64,000 bases of DNA, from NCBI RefSeq assembly GCF_963921235.1, contig NC_086108.1, forward strand, positions 5,270,001 to 5,334,000, given 5' to 3'. The stretch is from Mobula hypostoma (lineage: Eukaryota). The notes below the pieces were generated by a model. The model saw only the letters and a list, made by a program, of their open reading frames with translations, was not told the origin of the DNA and did no database searches. The position numbers and the translations under genes are program-made. This document shows positions 47,661-61,335 of this stretch, in pieces; positions within the stretch are counted from its first letter, which is position 1, and each line of letters starts with the position of its first letter.

Positions 47661-50079
47661 AAAGTTTTGAACCGTCCATTCTGGGTGCAAGATTGAACAT
47701 CCAGCCACCTGATTGGATCGCGCATCATCCGAGTGGCCAGGCCTCAGTGGTTGAAATGTTTAGCCTCAAAGGTGATGGTAATGGGGCAGGCCTGGCCACA
47801 GTAAATTTTCTGTCACCCCACAGGAGAGTATTTCAGCAGAAGATCAAGTGGGTTTCCAGCTCTCCCTCCTCCTTGAATTAGGCCTTCGGGCTGCTCTTGC
47901 TGATCAAACGGGGATCAAAGAAAACAGCACAAATGCTCCCCACCCTCTTAGAACATCCAGCAATGTTCAGGAGAACCTTTGGATTCCAGAGATCCCAGCA
48001 CTTTCCCCAGAGAAGCAGACCTCTCTGATCCATGAAGCCAAACCGTCCCTCCTATTTTCCCCTTGCACCGACCCTTCGCCGTTGAGGGGTGATGCTTTCT
48101 GCCTTTGGAGCAGGATGTAAAGTTCTGCTGCCAAAGCGGCCTCCAGTCAGGAAGGTGGCCTGATTGAAGGATTTCTCCTCTGCTGTTATGGTCTAGGTTG
48201 TTTAATCCTCTAAGCAACAATGGGGATTAGAGACTTCGGGGTACAATTGCATCTTGGACTGGCACACCAAAGCCAAAAGTTGGAGAACCATTGTGTCAGC
48301 ACCAGGTTACGAGTTGAAGGCAGCCATTGTGTTTTGGGGAAAGGGCCAGTGGGGAAGCTCAAATGGGTTCCAGGCTCCAGGAATCCTGTCTTCCTGACCT
48401 ACTGCAGTCATGGAGAAAGGGAACCTCATGGATGGGAGCCAGCTTTATTATCACTGACTGATATCTTGGGAATCGTTGTTTTGTGCAGCAGTGCAGTGCA
48501 ATACATACAGTTACCATAAAATGCAATAAAGGTATCAAAATAAATATGTAATGTAAACAGAGAGCAAACTAGTGCGGTAGTGCACACTGAGTGTGTATCA
48601 AGGCACGACAGCGGCTATGTTCCATTAGGAGTTTGAGGAGATTTAGTACGTCACCAAAGGCACTCGCAGATGTACTGTGGAGGGCGTTCTGACTGGCTGC
48701 ATCACCTTCTGGTATGCTGGGGGCGTGCACTGCGTAGGATCGAAATAAGCTGCAGAGACTTGTAAATTTAGACAGCTCCATCATGGGCACTAGTCTCTGT
48801 GGTATCCAGGACACCTTCAAAGAGCGATGCCTCAAAAAGGCGGCATCCATCATTAATGACCCCCATCGCCCAGGACATGCCCAGGGAGGAGATACAGGAG
48901 CCTGAAGGCACACACTCAACGATTCAATAACAGCTTCTTCCCCTCTGCCATCCGAATTCTGAATGGACATTGAACCCTGAATACTACCTCACTACTTTTT
49001 AATTTCCATTTTTGCACTACATATTTAATTTAATTATTTATCTATATATATAATTAATGTAATTCCGTTTGCTCTAGTATTATGTATTGCATTGTACTGC
49101 TGTCAAAAATACAACAACTTTTGCGACAAGTGATATTAAATCTGTTTCTGATATCTTCATGCTCCTGTATCTCCTCGTTGAAGGTAGTAATGAGAAGAGG
49201 GTATGTCACAGGTGGTGAGGATTATTAATGATGGATACCACTCTCCTCTCCAATCATATTCCTTCTTCTTCAGCCCTTTTCCTCTTCCACCTATCACCTC
49301 CCAGCTTCATTCTCCCTTCCCTACCTACCCAACTTCCCCCTCACCTTCCAGCTTGTACTCCTTCCCCCATCTTATCCTGGCTTCTTCCCCCTTCCTTTCT
49401 AGTCCCGATGAAGGGTTCCAGCCCGAAACATTAACCTTTTATTCCCCCCCACAGACTGGCCCTCTGAGTTCCTCCAGCATTTTGTGTGTGATTTACATGT
49501 GGATTTGTTGCAATCAGAGCAAGTGGCCGAAAACGGCGGTGGAAGCAGGTTCAAGTCCCAGAATCAAACTGGATCTCCTGCAGCCCAGGAGAATGTTCAC
49601 TCCATTTATTTCCTGTGTTGGCTCTTTGGTAAAAAGCCCTGAAAAGAAAATACTTGTGGGACAGTGCAGAAGAGAGCAGGAGGAGAGACGAGTGGCAGAA
49701 CTTGCTTTGAGAAATGAGGGACCAGAAAATGAATTCTAAATAGAATTGCCATGGAACAATCTAGATCTGGTGTCCGTGTTGGGTTCCTTAATAAACTGTG
49801 GTACAGTGTAGCTGTTTAATGAATCTACAAAAAGTCCCAATATAAGGTCTCAGCCCGAAACATCGGCTGTTTACTCAATTCCATAGGTGCTGCCTGATCT
49901 GCTGAGCTCCCCCAGCGTTGTGCGTGTGTTTTGCTCTGGATTCCCACCACCCACAGAATCTTGTGTTTAAATCTTCCCCGAGGTTAAGCGTTGCTGGCCT
50001 CGTTGCTTGAACTTTTCTGGTTTCTGGGACTGAACTGAGTGGTTCTTGGAGAGAAGATATTTCTGCACAGCTTTAATGG

Positions 50080-51920
50080 TGAAAGGGGACTATTTTCTAA
50101 GTGGACAGAAAATTCAAAACTCTGAGGCGCAAAGGAACTTGGGAGTCCTCGTGTAGGATTCCTTAAAGGTTAATTTGCAGGCTGAGCCGGTGGCGAGGGA
50201 GGGAAATGCAATGTTAGCATTCATTTCAAGAGGACGAGAATATAAAAGCAAGGATGTAATGTTGAGGCTTTATAAAGCACTGGTGAGGCCTCACTTGGAG
50301 TATTGTCAGCAGTTTGGTCCCCTTATTTTAGAGAGGATGTGCTGAAACTGGAGAGAGTTCAAAGGAAGTTCACAAAAATGATTCCAGGATTGAATGGCTT
50401 GTCATATGAAGAATGTTTGATGGCTCTGGGCCTATATTCACTGAAATTCAGAAGGATGAGAGGTGACCTCATTGAAACCTATTGAATGTGGAAAGGCCTC
50501 AAAAGAGCGGATGTGGAGAGGATGTCTCCTATGATGGGAGAGTCTAGGACTAGAAGACACAGCCTCAGAATAGAAGGGTGCCTTAAAATGGAGATGATGA
50601 GGAATTTCTTTAGCCAGAGGGTAGTGAATCTGTGGAATTGTCACAGGTGACTGTGGAGTCCAAGTCATAGGCTGTACTTAAGGTAGAGGTTGATAGATTC
50701 TTGATTGGTCAGGGCATGAAGGGATATGGGGAGAAGGCAGAAGACTGGGGCTGAGAGAGGAAGTGGATAAGCCATGATGGAATGGTAGATCAGACTCGAT
50801 GGGCCGAATGGCCTGCATGCACACCTTCGTAAATACAGGTCAGATTCAATTAGTAAATCTTACTGCAGGAAAGGAGTTAAATGTGTCATCTGCTGCAGTG
50901 AGTGGTGACGGACCACATTTGGACTTAAACCCAGGTCTATAAAAGCCAGAAACCATTCATTACATCACTGAAAGAAATCTATTAAACAAGGAAGCAATTT
51001 AAAATAAGGGGGAAACACTCTCTTGACCAATTGGCCTCCCCCACCTGGTAATAATCAACACGAGATAGATGACTTAGTGGTTGTGGAAACTGTGAGGTGA
51101 TTCACTTTGGAAGGCTGAGTTTGAAGGCAGAGTACAGGGATTGTCAGCAGTGTGGAGGAGCAGAGGGATCATTAGTCGGGGGACTGAGTTCAAGAGCCTC
51201 TAGGTAGTGTTTCAGCTCTATAAAACTCTGGTTAGACCACACTTGGGGAATCACCTACCACCTTGTACTCTTCCTCCCCTCCCCCCACCTTCTCACTCTG
51301 ACTTCTCAACAACTTCTCCAGCCCTGAAGAAGGGTCTCAGCCCGAAATGTCAACTGTTTGTGCTGCCAGGCCTGCTGAATTCCTCCAGCATTTTGAGTGT
51401 GTTGCCTTGGGGTATTGTGCTCAGTTCTGCTCGCTTCACCATAGGCAGGATGTGGAAGCTTTAGAGCAGGTGCAGAGGAGAGTTACCGGGATACTGCCTG
51501 GATTAGAGAGCGTGCCTTTTGAGGAGAGGTTGAGCAAACTAGAGCTTTTCTCTTTGGAGCGAAGAAGGATGAGAGGCGACCTGATAGAGGTGTACAAGAT
51601 GATAAAAGGCAGAGATCGAGTGGACAGCCAGAGACTTTTTCCCAGGGCAGAGATGGCTAATGTGAGGGAGGATAATTTTAAGGTGATTGAAGGAGAGTTT
51701 GGGGGGGATGTTAGAAGTAGGGTTTTTTTTTACACAGGAAGTGGTGGATGCGTGGAACATGCTGCCAGAGATGGTGGAAGAGGCAGGTGCATTTGGGGCA
51801 TTTAAGACACTCTTAGATAGGCATATGGATGAAATGAAAATGGAGGGTTTATGGGGGAAGAAAAGGGTTAAAGGGTTGGCATAGCATGGTGGACAAAAGG
51901 GCATGAACTGTACTCTACCG
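50080..51920 (+). mobile_element. Two CR1 3' fragments (50080-50810 and 51080-51920, the latter with a PLE end at about 51250-51410)
   Basis: LYKALVRPHLEY, LERVQRKFTKMIPG, RRMRGDLIE motifs. Confidence 0.85.
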
Positions 51921-52859
51921 TTATTAAATCTTTGCTTTTGATTTACTGATGTCTTCCAAGCTGGAGACTGATTAGCCCCCAGTGACTTTCTCCATAATCT
52001 GGCACAGCTGGTATTCCCTGCTAAGGTTAACGGTTCACTGTACCTCGCGCTATCAAACTTTTCTCATAACAGAATATTCTCTCGGAGTCTGACCTCTTCA
52101 TTAACTGGGTGAGAGCTGCACGAAAGAATTGTGTTAATCTCCAGTAAAAGTGACAGCCCCATCCTTAGCACAGAGTATTACTTGGTGGTCACCTGAGCAC
52201 CGGCCTGTCAATGCAAATATCTAATCAGCCAATCATGTGGCAGGATGTCAAAGCATAAAAGCATGCAGACATGGTCAAGAGGCTCATTTGTTGTTCAGAC
52301 CAAACATCAGAATGGGGAAGAAATGTGATCTCAGTTTGCTTTGACCATGTAATGATTGTCGGTGCCAGATCGGGTGGTTTGAGTATCTCAGAATCTCCTA
52401 GGATTTTCATGCACTACAATTTCTAGCGTTTACAGAGGATGGTACTAAAACCAAAAGCCAACCAGTGAGTGGCAGTTCTGTGGGAGAAAAAGCCTTGTTA
52501 ATGAGAGAGGTCAGAGAATAGACAACTGGTTCAAGCTGACAGGAAGGTGACAGTAATTCAAATTAAAACATTAAAAAATTAAAACACATTAAAACGGTGG
52601 TGTGCAGAAGAGTAGCTCTGAATGCATAACACATTGAACCTTGAAGTGAATGGTCTACAGCAGCTGAAGACCATGGACATACACTCAATGGCCACTTTAT
52701 TAGTTACCTCCTGTACACCTTCCTATAGAAAACACTTCAGAAGGAGTTTGAGAGAATTCCAATCACTGTATAATAAAAGAAGGAAAAATATTAATATTTT
52801 TTTCCTTTCAAACTGGGACCACTTGTGCCCAATCATTGCAATCTCAGTCAGGTAACACT

Positions 52860-53160
52860 AATTAAATATGTAAATTATGTAAATGAAGGTAAATAATATG
52901 CAAGCACCTGCCCACGCACTGTAAGGACATACTGAGGATGCAAAAAATAACTTCATGGGAGATGTAATATAAACTGTCTAGGAATGATGTTTAAATTTTT
53001 AACTCTGTGTAAATACCTGTAAATTATTATCTGAAATTTGCCAGGATTTCCTGGCTGATTTATCCTTAAATTATACCGTGAGGCAAATGGTGGAGCTGTG
53101 ATTCGTAGAGGAAATTAAAACGATTTGTCAGTGAGCGGCTCATTGTTTTTATTTGTGAAT
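52860..53160 (+). terminator. Candidate distal polyadenylation region of MAP3K10
   Basis: Non-repetitive AT-rich tract with several TGTA motifs (including TGTAAATA at 53008), ATTAAA at 53114-53119 and a downstream T/GT-rich run. Alternative AATAAA hexamers at 48525, 49790 and 52772. Confidence 0.4.
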
Positions 53161-53769
53161 ACTTATCTCTGATTTTAATTCAACCCATGCAGTTGTAGTC
53201 ATAGAGCACTACAGCACAGGAACAGGCCCTTCAGTCCACCTAGTCCATACCTGAGCTGTTATTGTGCATAGTCCCATTGACCTCACGCCTGGACTATGGC
53301 CCTCAATAGCTCTCCCATCAACGTACCGATCCAAATTTTTCTTAAATGATGAAATTGAGCCTGAATCCATCACTTCTGCTGGCAGCTCGTTCGCTCTCAG
53401 CGTGAAGAAGTTTCCCTGAAATATTTCACTTCTCACACTTAACCTATGACCTCAGTGGAAAATCCATCTCTAAAACTTCCACATCCTTCCTATAATGAGG
53501 CGACCAGAACTGAACACAATATTCCATGTCTAGTCTAACCGGAGTTTTATAGAGCTGCAACGTGACCTTGTGGCTCTTGAACTGCAACACCTGACTAATG
53601 AAGACCAACACATATGCTTTCATAACAACCTTATCAACTTGTGCAGCAACTTCGAAGGATCTATTAATGTGGCCCCAAGATCCCTCTGTTCATACACACT
53701 GTTATGAATCCTTACCCCATCTGCAAATTCGACCTTCTGAAATGTGTTTCATTGTCTCTTCACTCAACC

Positions 53770-55470
53770 CCGAAACATCTGGACAGCAAAGATGCATAGA
53801 CCAGGAGACTGTATCGACTATAGCTCAGCATTCAATACCATCATGCCCTCAAAACTAATCAATTGTCATGGTCCGGATCGAGGTCCCTTTAACTTTACTT
53901 TGTTTATGCTACTATCTGGACCATTGACTCCCTGTTTTCCTTTGGTTCCCTGTTTTCCCGTGTCCCTCGGCTTTGGTGATTGGAGGCAATTTACTCTCAA
54001 CTGAACCGGTAGTTTATAGTCTCCGGCTTTCAGCTGTTCGGCGGGAGAGCGTTTGCAAAGTCACCAAGGTACAGCGTGCCAATGTCATCTGGCCGGAGCA
54101 AGCCTAGTCTCTGCCTGAAGCAAGTGCCGGTAATTTGCCTTTCCTCACCGGAGCAACCCTGTCAAGTTACCTCGCCAAAGCGCGCCTGCAAAGTTTCCTC
54201 ACCGAGGTGGGTCCATTAGTTAACCCACCGGAGGGAATCAAGAACCGCTGTCTACCGTTCCCGGGCTGAGTTGAGAGCTCGCCGCTACCTGGCGGCATCC
54301 ATGTACCAAGTCAAGTCCCGTCCCTGGCGGTCTGTGATTCCTGTCCTACCCCTCAGTCTGAATCCCTTCTCTGCCCCTCTCACCTCTAGCCCTTGTCTGC
54401 AGCCCTCGCCTGCCCCTCGGTCTAGTTCTATCGCCGGAGCTAGATAGGTACTGTCTGGTGTTCTTTCGTGTTGGTCTTGTCTTGTCCTCGCCTCCGTGGG
54501 GTAAGTCTGGCCGTCTTGTGTTGCCCCGCGGGGGGTCATGTCTTGTCTCGTCTTGTCCTCACCTCTGTGGGGTAAGTCAGGCCATTTTGCCGTTGCTCCG
54601 AGGGGGGTCATGAGTCCCGGCCCTATGTCCTGTACCCAAGGAGGGATCCCGACTCTGTGTTCTGTGTATGTGTCCATGGTTCCATGTACCTGCTCTCCGA
54701 GACCGAGGCTCTGTGTTCCCATGTTCCTCCTCTCCCTAGCCCATGTCATGTCCATGCCTGGTTCTGGGGTCCTTGCCCAGTCCCTGGCTCGGAGTCCATA
54801 CCCTAGCCTCTTCATTTCACCTGTAGTTCTGGGAGCCGATTCCGAGTCCAAGCCCAGACCCCTAGTCCCAGCCTAGTCGTAGTCCTCAGTCCTTGTCCAG
54901 TTCGCTGTTCCTGCTTTTGCTTTGCTCTCCTGGTATCGAACAATAAACTAAATCTAAGTAACCTCACAAGATGTGTCTTGCATTTCGGTCCACCCTTGCT
55001 CCCAATGCCCCCCTATTGTGACATCAATAAGCTACCAGACCTTGGCCTCAATGCCTCCTTGTGCAGTTAGATCCTCGATTTCCTCACTTGCAACCCCAGT
55101 CAGTTCGGACTGGCAGCAACATCTCCTCCATAATCTCCATCAGCACTGGTGCACCACAGGGATGTGTGCTTAGTCCCCTGTTTGACTTGCTTTACACTTA
55201 TGACTGTGAGTCTAAGCACAGCTCCAATGCCATATTCCAGTTTTCTGACAACACCACTGTTGGCTGAATCAAAGGTGGCGATGAATCAGCATAGAGGAGG
55301 GAGAACGAAAATCCGGCTGAGTGATGCTACAGCAACAACCTCTCATTCGATGTCAGAAAGACCAGAGAGCTGATTACTGACTTCAGGGGGAGGAAACCAG
55401 AGGTCCATTAGGCAGTCCTCTTTGGAGGGTCAGAGGTGGAGAGCATCAGCAACTTTAATTTCCTTCAGAT
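53770..55470 (+). mobile_element. Rex1/Babar LINE reverse-transcriptase fragment split by a solo LTR
   Basis: IDYSSAFNTIMPSKLI | [42 protein letters not shown]. Confidence 0.88.
53864..55023 (+). mobile_element. Solo LTR (1160 bp)
   Basis: TGTCA...TGACA termini, perfect 5-bp TSD TCAAT (53859-53863 and 55024-55028), TTTATA near 54013, AATAAA 54942-54947. Confidence 0.92.
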
Positions 55471-57019
55471 GATCATTTTGGAGGAATTGAACTTAAATGC
55501 AATTACGAAGAAAGCCCATCCTCCGGCGTCTCCAAAGGGACCCTACCATTAAATATATCTTCAGCTCCCTTCCTCTCTGCTTTCTGCAAGAATCACTCAC
55601 TTATCCATTCATCCCTCCCCACGACTCTCCCCCAGTGCTTATCCCTGCAAGTGGCCCAAATTCTACACCTGCCCTTTCACCCTCACCTCCATTCAGGGCC
55701 CCACCCAGTCCTTCCAGGTGAGGCAGCACTTCACCTGCAAATCCACTGGGGTGGTCTATCGTGTCCAGTGCTCCCAATGTGGCTTCCTCTACATCGGTGA
55801 AGCCCACCGTAAACTGGGGGACTGTTTTGTCAAGCACCTCTGCTCCACCTGACACAAGTAGGACTTCCCACTGGCCAAACATTTAAATTCTGATTTGCAT
55901 TCCCGTTATGATGTGCTCGTCCAGCCTCCTCTTGTGCCAAGATGAGGCTGCCCTCAGGGTGGAGAAACAACACCTTATATTCCACCTGGGTAGCCTCAAA
56001 CAGAGTGAATATTGATTTATTGATTTCTCCTTCCTGTGAACAAATTTCCCTTCCCCCCCCACCTTCTTCTATTCCCCACTCTGACCTTTCACTTCTTCTC
56101 ACCCGCCTTTTACTTTCCCATGGGTCCCCTCCTCCTTCCCTTTCTCCTATGGTCCACTCTCCTCTCTTATCAAATTTCTTCCTCTCCAACCCTTGACCAT
56201 TCCCACCCACCTAGCTTTGATCACCTTCCAGCAAGCCTCCTTTCCCTTCCCCTCCCCCCACCTTTGAATTCAGACATCTTCCCCCTTCCTTCTCAGTCCT
56301 GATGAAGGATCTCGGCCTGAAGCATTGACTGTTTACTCTTTTCCATAGATGCTGCCTGACTTGCTGAGTTCCTCCAGCATTTTGTGTGTGGTACTTCCTT
56401 AGAAATTTGCAAAAATTCGGCATGATGTCTAAAATTTTAACAAACTTCTGTTGATGTGTAGTGGAGAGTATATTGACTGGCTGCATCTCCAATGTGTGGG
56501 TATGGAAACACCAATGTTCTTGAATGAAAAATCCTACAAAAGGTAATGGATACAGCCCAGTCCATCACAGGTAAAGCCCTCCCCACAACTGAGCACATCC
56601 ACATGAAATGCTGTTGCAGGAAAGCAGCATCCATCATCAGGAACCCCCACCACCCAGGACATGTTCTCCTGTCACTAATGTCATCAGGAAGAAGGTTCAG
56701 GAGCCACAGGACTCACATCACCAGGTTCAGGAACAGTTATTACCCCTCAGCCATCAGGCTCTTGAACCAAAGGGGATAACTTCACTCAACTTTACTTGCC
56801 CCATCATCGAATAGAGCCTCTGGAGGCAGACAGGTTCTATGGTGTTTCTTTGTTTTGTGGCTGCCTGTAAGGAGACAAATCTCAAGGTTGTATATAGTAG
56901 ACATACTTTGATAATAAATGAACTTTGAACTTTTCTGGGTTGAAGTGTATCTGCCACTTCTCAGCCCAACTCTGCATCCTATCACTGCCCCACTGCAAAA
57001 TGCAACAACCCTCCACACT

Positions 57020-58720
57020 ATCCACAACTCCACCAACCTCGGTGTCATCTGCAATCCTCTCCTCCTCCTGCTCCCTGCATACCTGAAGAGCAAGGCTCCA
57101 GCGATCAACGCACCTAAGAGGTGGCCGTGTTCAAGAACTCATCTGAAGATCTGAATGACTACACCAGGGTCGTAACAGACTTTATTATAACAACTGTGTG
57201 TCCCCACAAAATCATTCAGGGTTTTCCCCAATCAGAAGCCCTGGATGAACCATGAAATCTGCTGAGAGCCAGATCAGAGGCGTTCAAGTCTGGTGATGAA
57301 GAATGCTACAAGAGGTGCAGGTATGATCTCCGGAAAGCCACCTCTAGGGCAAAGTAGAGATTCCGGACGAGACTGGAATCAACGAGGTATGTTCGACAAC
57401 CGTGGCAAGGTTTGAATGCCATGACCTCCTACTGTGCTAAATCTTGCGACATAGGGGCAGCAGGGCTTTGCTTCTGGATGGGCTCAATGCCTTCTGTGCT
57501 CACTTTGATCACCAGAACAGGGGGGAACCATTGTGCACCCCCATGTCTCCGGATGATCCTTGGGTCTCGGTATCTGAAGGTGACGTGTGGGCTGCCCTTA
57601 AAAGAGAGTGGATCCAAGGAAAGCACTCGGTCCGGGTGGAGTACCAGGCTGAGATCTGTGTTGACCAACTGGCTCGTTTGTTCACGGATATTTTCAACTT
57701 CTCGAGCCAGCAGTGTGTGGTACCCACCTGCTTGAAGCAGGCTTTAATCATACCGGTGCCCAGGAAGAGCTTGGGAACCTGCCTCAATGACTATCGCCCA
57801 GTAATGTACATGCACAGTGATGAAGTGTCTTGAGAGGTTGGTGTTGAAGCATATCAGCTCCTGTCTGAGCGGAGACTAGATCCACTGCTGTCTGCCTACC
57901 GGGGCAACAGGTCCACAGCAGATGCTGTCTCGTTTGCTCTTCACTCAATCCTGGAACATCTGGCAGCAAAGATGCATACATCAGGATGTTCTTTATCGAT
58001 TATATGGCTCAGCATTTAACACTATTATCCCCTCCAAACTAATCAGTAAACTCCAAGAGCTGGGCCTCAATACCTCCATGTGCAGTTGGGTCCTCAATTT
58101 CCTCACTTGTAGACCCCAGATTGCTTGGATTGGCAAAAACATCTCCTCCACGATCTCCATCAGCACAGGAGCACCACAGGGATGTGTGGTTAACCCCCTG
58201 CTCTGCTCACTTTACACCTACGACTGTGTGGCTAAGTACAGCTCCAACAGCATATGCAAGTTTGCTGATGGCACCAGTGTTGTGGACTGTATCAAAGGGG
58301 GTGATGAATCGGCGTTCAGGACTGAGACTGAAAGTTTGGCTGAGTGTAGGTATCACCTCACCACCCAGGCCATTTGCTTTTCTAGTTGCTGCATTCAGGA
58401 AGAAAGTACAAGAGCCTCAGGACTCACACCACCAGGTTCAGGAGCAGCCTCAACCATCAGACTCTTGAACAGAAGGGGATAACTACACTCATTCTATTTC
58501 TGATGTTCCCACAACTGATGGTCTCACTTTAAGGACCTTTTATCTTGTTATTTCATGTCCTTGTCATTTATTGTTATTTATTTATACATTCATTTGCACT
58601 GTTTGATGTCCATTGATTCTGTTTACAGTTACTGCTCTATAGATTTGTTAAGTATGTCTGCAGGAAAAAGAAACTCGGGGTGTATATACTCGAACAATAA
58701 ATTTTACTTTGAACTTTGAA
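57020..58720 (+). mobile_element. Long decayed Rex1/Babar LINE (RT domain to tail)
   Basis: [61 protein letters not shown]. Confidence 0.88.
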
Positions 58721-58791
58721 CTTTGATCTTACTAACCCACATTTCCACTTCCAAGCCATTTATGAAAATCACAAAGAGATGGACTCCCAGA

Positions 58792-59425
58792 CAACGTTCC
58801 CTCGATTTCTTTCTACAGCTACATGGACCAACCATTGCGCTGATTAGGAAATTCTTACATGGCCTGAAAACTATGCAGCACTTTTTAAAATATAATATGG
58901 ATAATATGAGTATTTAGAATGAAAATGGAAAAATCACCAACTTTTGAACTTATTTATTAATTGAAGGGTGTAATGAAATGTAGTACGTCAAAAAAAATCT
59001 TTCACATTTTGTGAAGTTTTAAAAGTACAACAGGCTGGTGGTTTATTAATAATGAGCTTCATTTCATTTCATGAGACTTCCATTCTGTGTTTATTGTTAC
59101 AATTTGTAACAGTGTTGTAACTTAAAACATGGACAATGTAAATACAGTGAAGCTCTAAAATGTTTCAAAGTAAAGGTTGTGGTACATTTATTAATTAGAA
59201 AATTTATGGGTTATGTTTATTAACACATGATTACAGTGTGTTTCACATATTAACATAGACTTCAAAATTATATTCAGATAATTTCAAATTGTATCAACAT
59301 AAGTTCAAAATTGTATTAACATTATCTAAAAGAAAATTCCAGCTGTTTAGTAACAAAGGCTATGTGCATGGGTGCATTTCAGTTACTGCAAGGCTGTGCA
59401 CCCATGCAGCTTAAAGGGAACAGTG
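58792..59425. mobile_element. AT-rich non-autonomous hAT-like DNA element inserted in an antisense CR1
   Basis: Imperfect TIRs CAACGTTCCCT / AGGGAACAGTG; subterminal 12-bp inverted repeat TGCATGGGTGCA (59365-59376 and 59397-59408); CR1 sequence resumes on both sides. Confidence 0.6.
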
Positions 59426-60173
59426 GTCTGAAAACTGATCCCGGCAGGGAACGCTATTGGTTATAGATGTCCAGGCAGAATATGCTCCATTTACTACCAA
59501 CCCCTGCCTTCAAATATCTACACCACTCATGAACCTCTGTAAGTTCACCTCCTGATCCAGGGAAAGGAGTCCTGGTTTATCCAGCCTGCCCTTGTACCTC
59601 AAACCCTCCAGTCCCAATAACATCTTTGTGAAACTTTTCTCCAGCTTAACCCCTATCCTTCCCATAGTGTGGGCTGACCAACAGCTGTAACGTGGTGTCC
59701 CAGCTCAGTGCCGTGACCAGTGAAGGTAAGCGAGCTGTATGCGGCCTTCACCAACCCCACACATACTCCCCCCCACCTCCCTGCGATGCCCCTTTCAGGG
59801 AACTATTTACATGTATTAGCAGTGCGATCACTCAGGTCGAGAACGATGTTCTCCTGAGGGGTTACTCCCTTAATGGAGAATGAATGTGTGTGACTCTGTT
59901 TAACGTGGGGAGGCTGAGGCACAGGTGGCCACCACGTGATCTTTAACAGAAGGGGGTCAGCGTCCCGTAGTGTGGCATCCGAGACCGCTGTGGGCCCTGC
60001 TGTGCTGCAGTCTTCCTCCACCCTCACCACCGTAGCGACGTGTTGTCATCTTCTGCCATTGAGGTCTTGGTTGGATCGCGCTTCATCTGGATCCTCCCTC
60101 CTGACCTTACCACCGTTGGTGACCTTACCGGGAGCTAAGCTCCAGACAGTATTGCTCTAGGGACCTCAGGAAC

Positions 60174-60530
60174 TCACAATCCTCTCCACCGTCATGGGTA
60201 GTCATCATCGGAGAAGTACTCCATGTATCTGCACATCTGGCTGTTCACAATCCTCTCCACCGTCACGGGGTAGTCATCATCGGAGAAGTACTCCATGTAT
60301 CTGCACATCTGGCTGTTCACAATCCTCTCCACCGTCACGGGGTAGTCATCATCGGAGAAGTACTCCATGTATCTGCACATCTGGCTGCTCACAATCCTCT
60401 CCACCGTCACGGGGTAGTCATCATCGGAGAAGTACTCCATGTATCTGCACATCTGGCTGTTCACAATCCTCTCCACCGTCACGGGGTAGTCATCATCGGA
60501 GAAGTACTCTATGTACTTGCACACCTGGCT
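60174..60530. repeat. 72-bp tandem repeat, about 5 units
   Basis: TCACAATCCTCTCCACCGTCACGGGGTAGTCATCATCGGAGAAGTACTCCATGTATCTGCACATCTGGCTGT; 24-aa periodic ORFs on both strands. Confidence 0.95.
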
Positions 60531-61335
60531 GCCACAGTAGAGGCAAGTACGTTCGAGACATTTCAGAGACTCTTTTTGTTAGGCACATGGGTGATTGAAG
60601 AATGGAGGGTTACTGGGGAGGGAAAGATTAGATTGATCTTGGGGAAGGATAAAGGGTCAGCACAGCACTGTGGGCTGAAGGGCCTCCACTGTATAGTAAT
60701 GTTCTGATGTTTTTTGTTCAAAGCCACCCACTCCTTACTATAGAGCAGTGTGGTAGAGGTCGGTTCCATCAATTTTTAAGAGCAGGATCACAGAGCCTGA
60801 AAGCCATTAACCCTTACGTTCCTGAAAAACTAGGTTCTCCAATCATGGTCAGAGAATAAAGGATTAGAGTGCTGTTTGAAACAGAGATGAGGAGGAATCT
60901 CTTTAAATTTCAAAGTACATTTATTATCAACATATGTATATGTTATACAATCTTGAGATTCATCTCCTTACAGGCAGCCGAGAAACAAAGAAACCCAAAA
61001 GGACATATTCAAAAAGGGAAAACCGTCAAACCCCCAATGTGCAGAGGGAAAAAAACAGATCTTGCAAACACTAAAAGTAAGCAAGAAGCACTCAGAACTA
61101 AGTGAATCCTCAGACGTGAAGCCAGGAATCACCACAGCCGGAGCAGGCTTCAGTTCAGCACAGAGCCAAGTAAACGTTGCAGAGCAGCGAGCTGAACTGG
61201 ACCATCCTTCACCCCCGGTCCTGACAGCCTGACTTTTTCAATCTGGTCCGGAGCTTAAATCTTTCAAATATCAAGTCGTTCCTCACTCTGGGGGTTGGGC
61301 ATCGACACCATGAATCAGCCCAGCACTTAACTTAA

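Noticed and set aside
54285..54876. 188-aa and 112-aa ORFs as gag/env fragments
   Set aside because: Entirely within the solo LTR, with no recognisable retroviral motifs.
58940..59230. Five minus-strand AATAAA hexamers suggesting the 3' end of a convergent gene
   Set aside because: They lie inside an AT-rich element bounded by imperfect TIRs (58792-59425) that interrupts a CR1, and no minus-strand exons were found.
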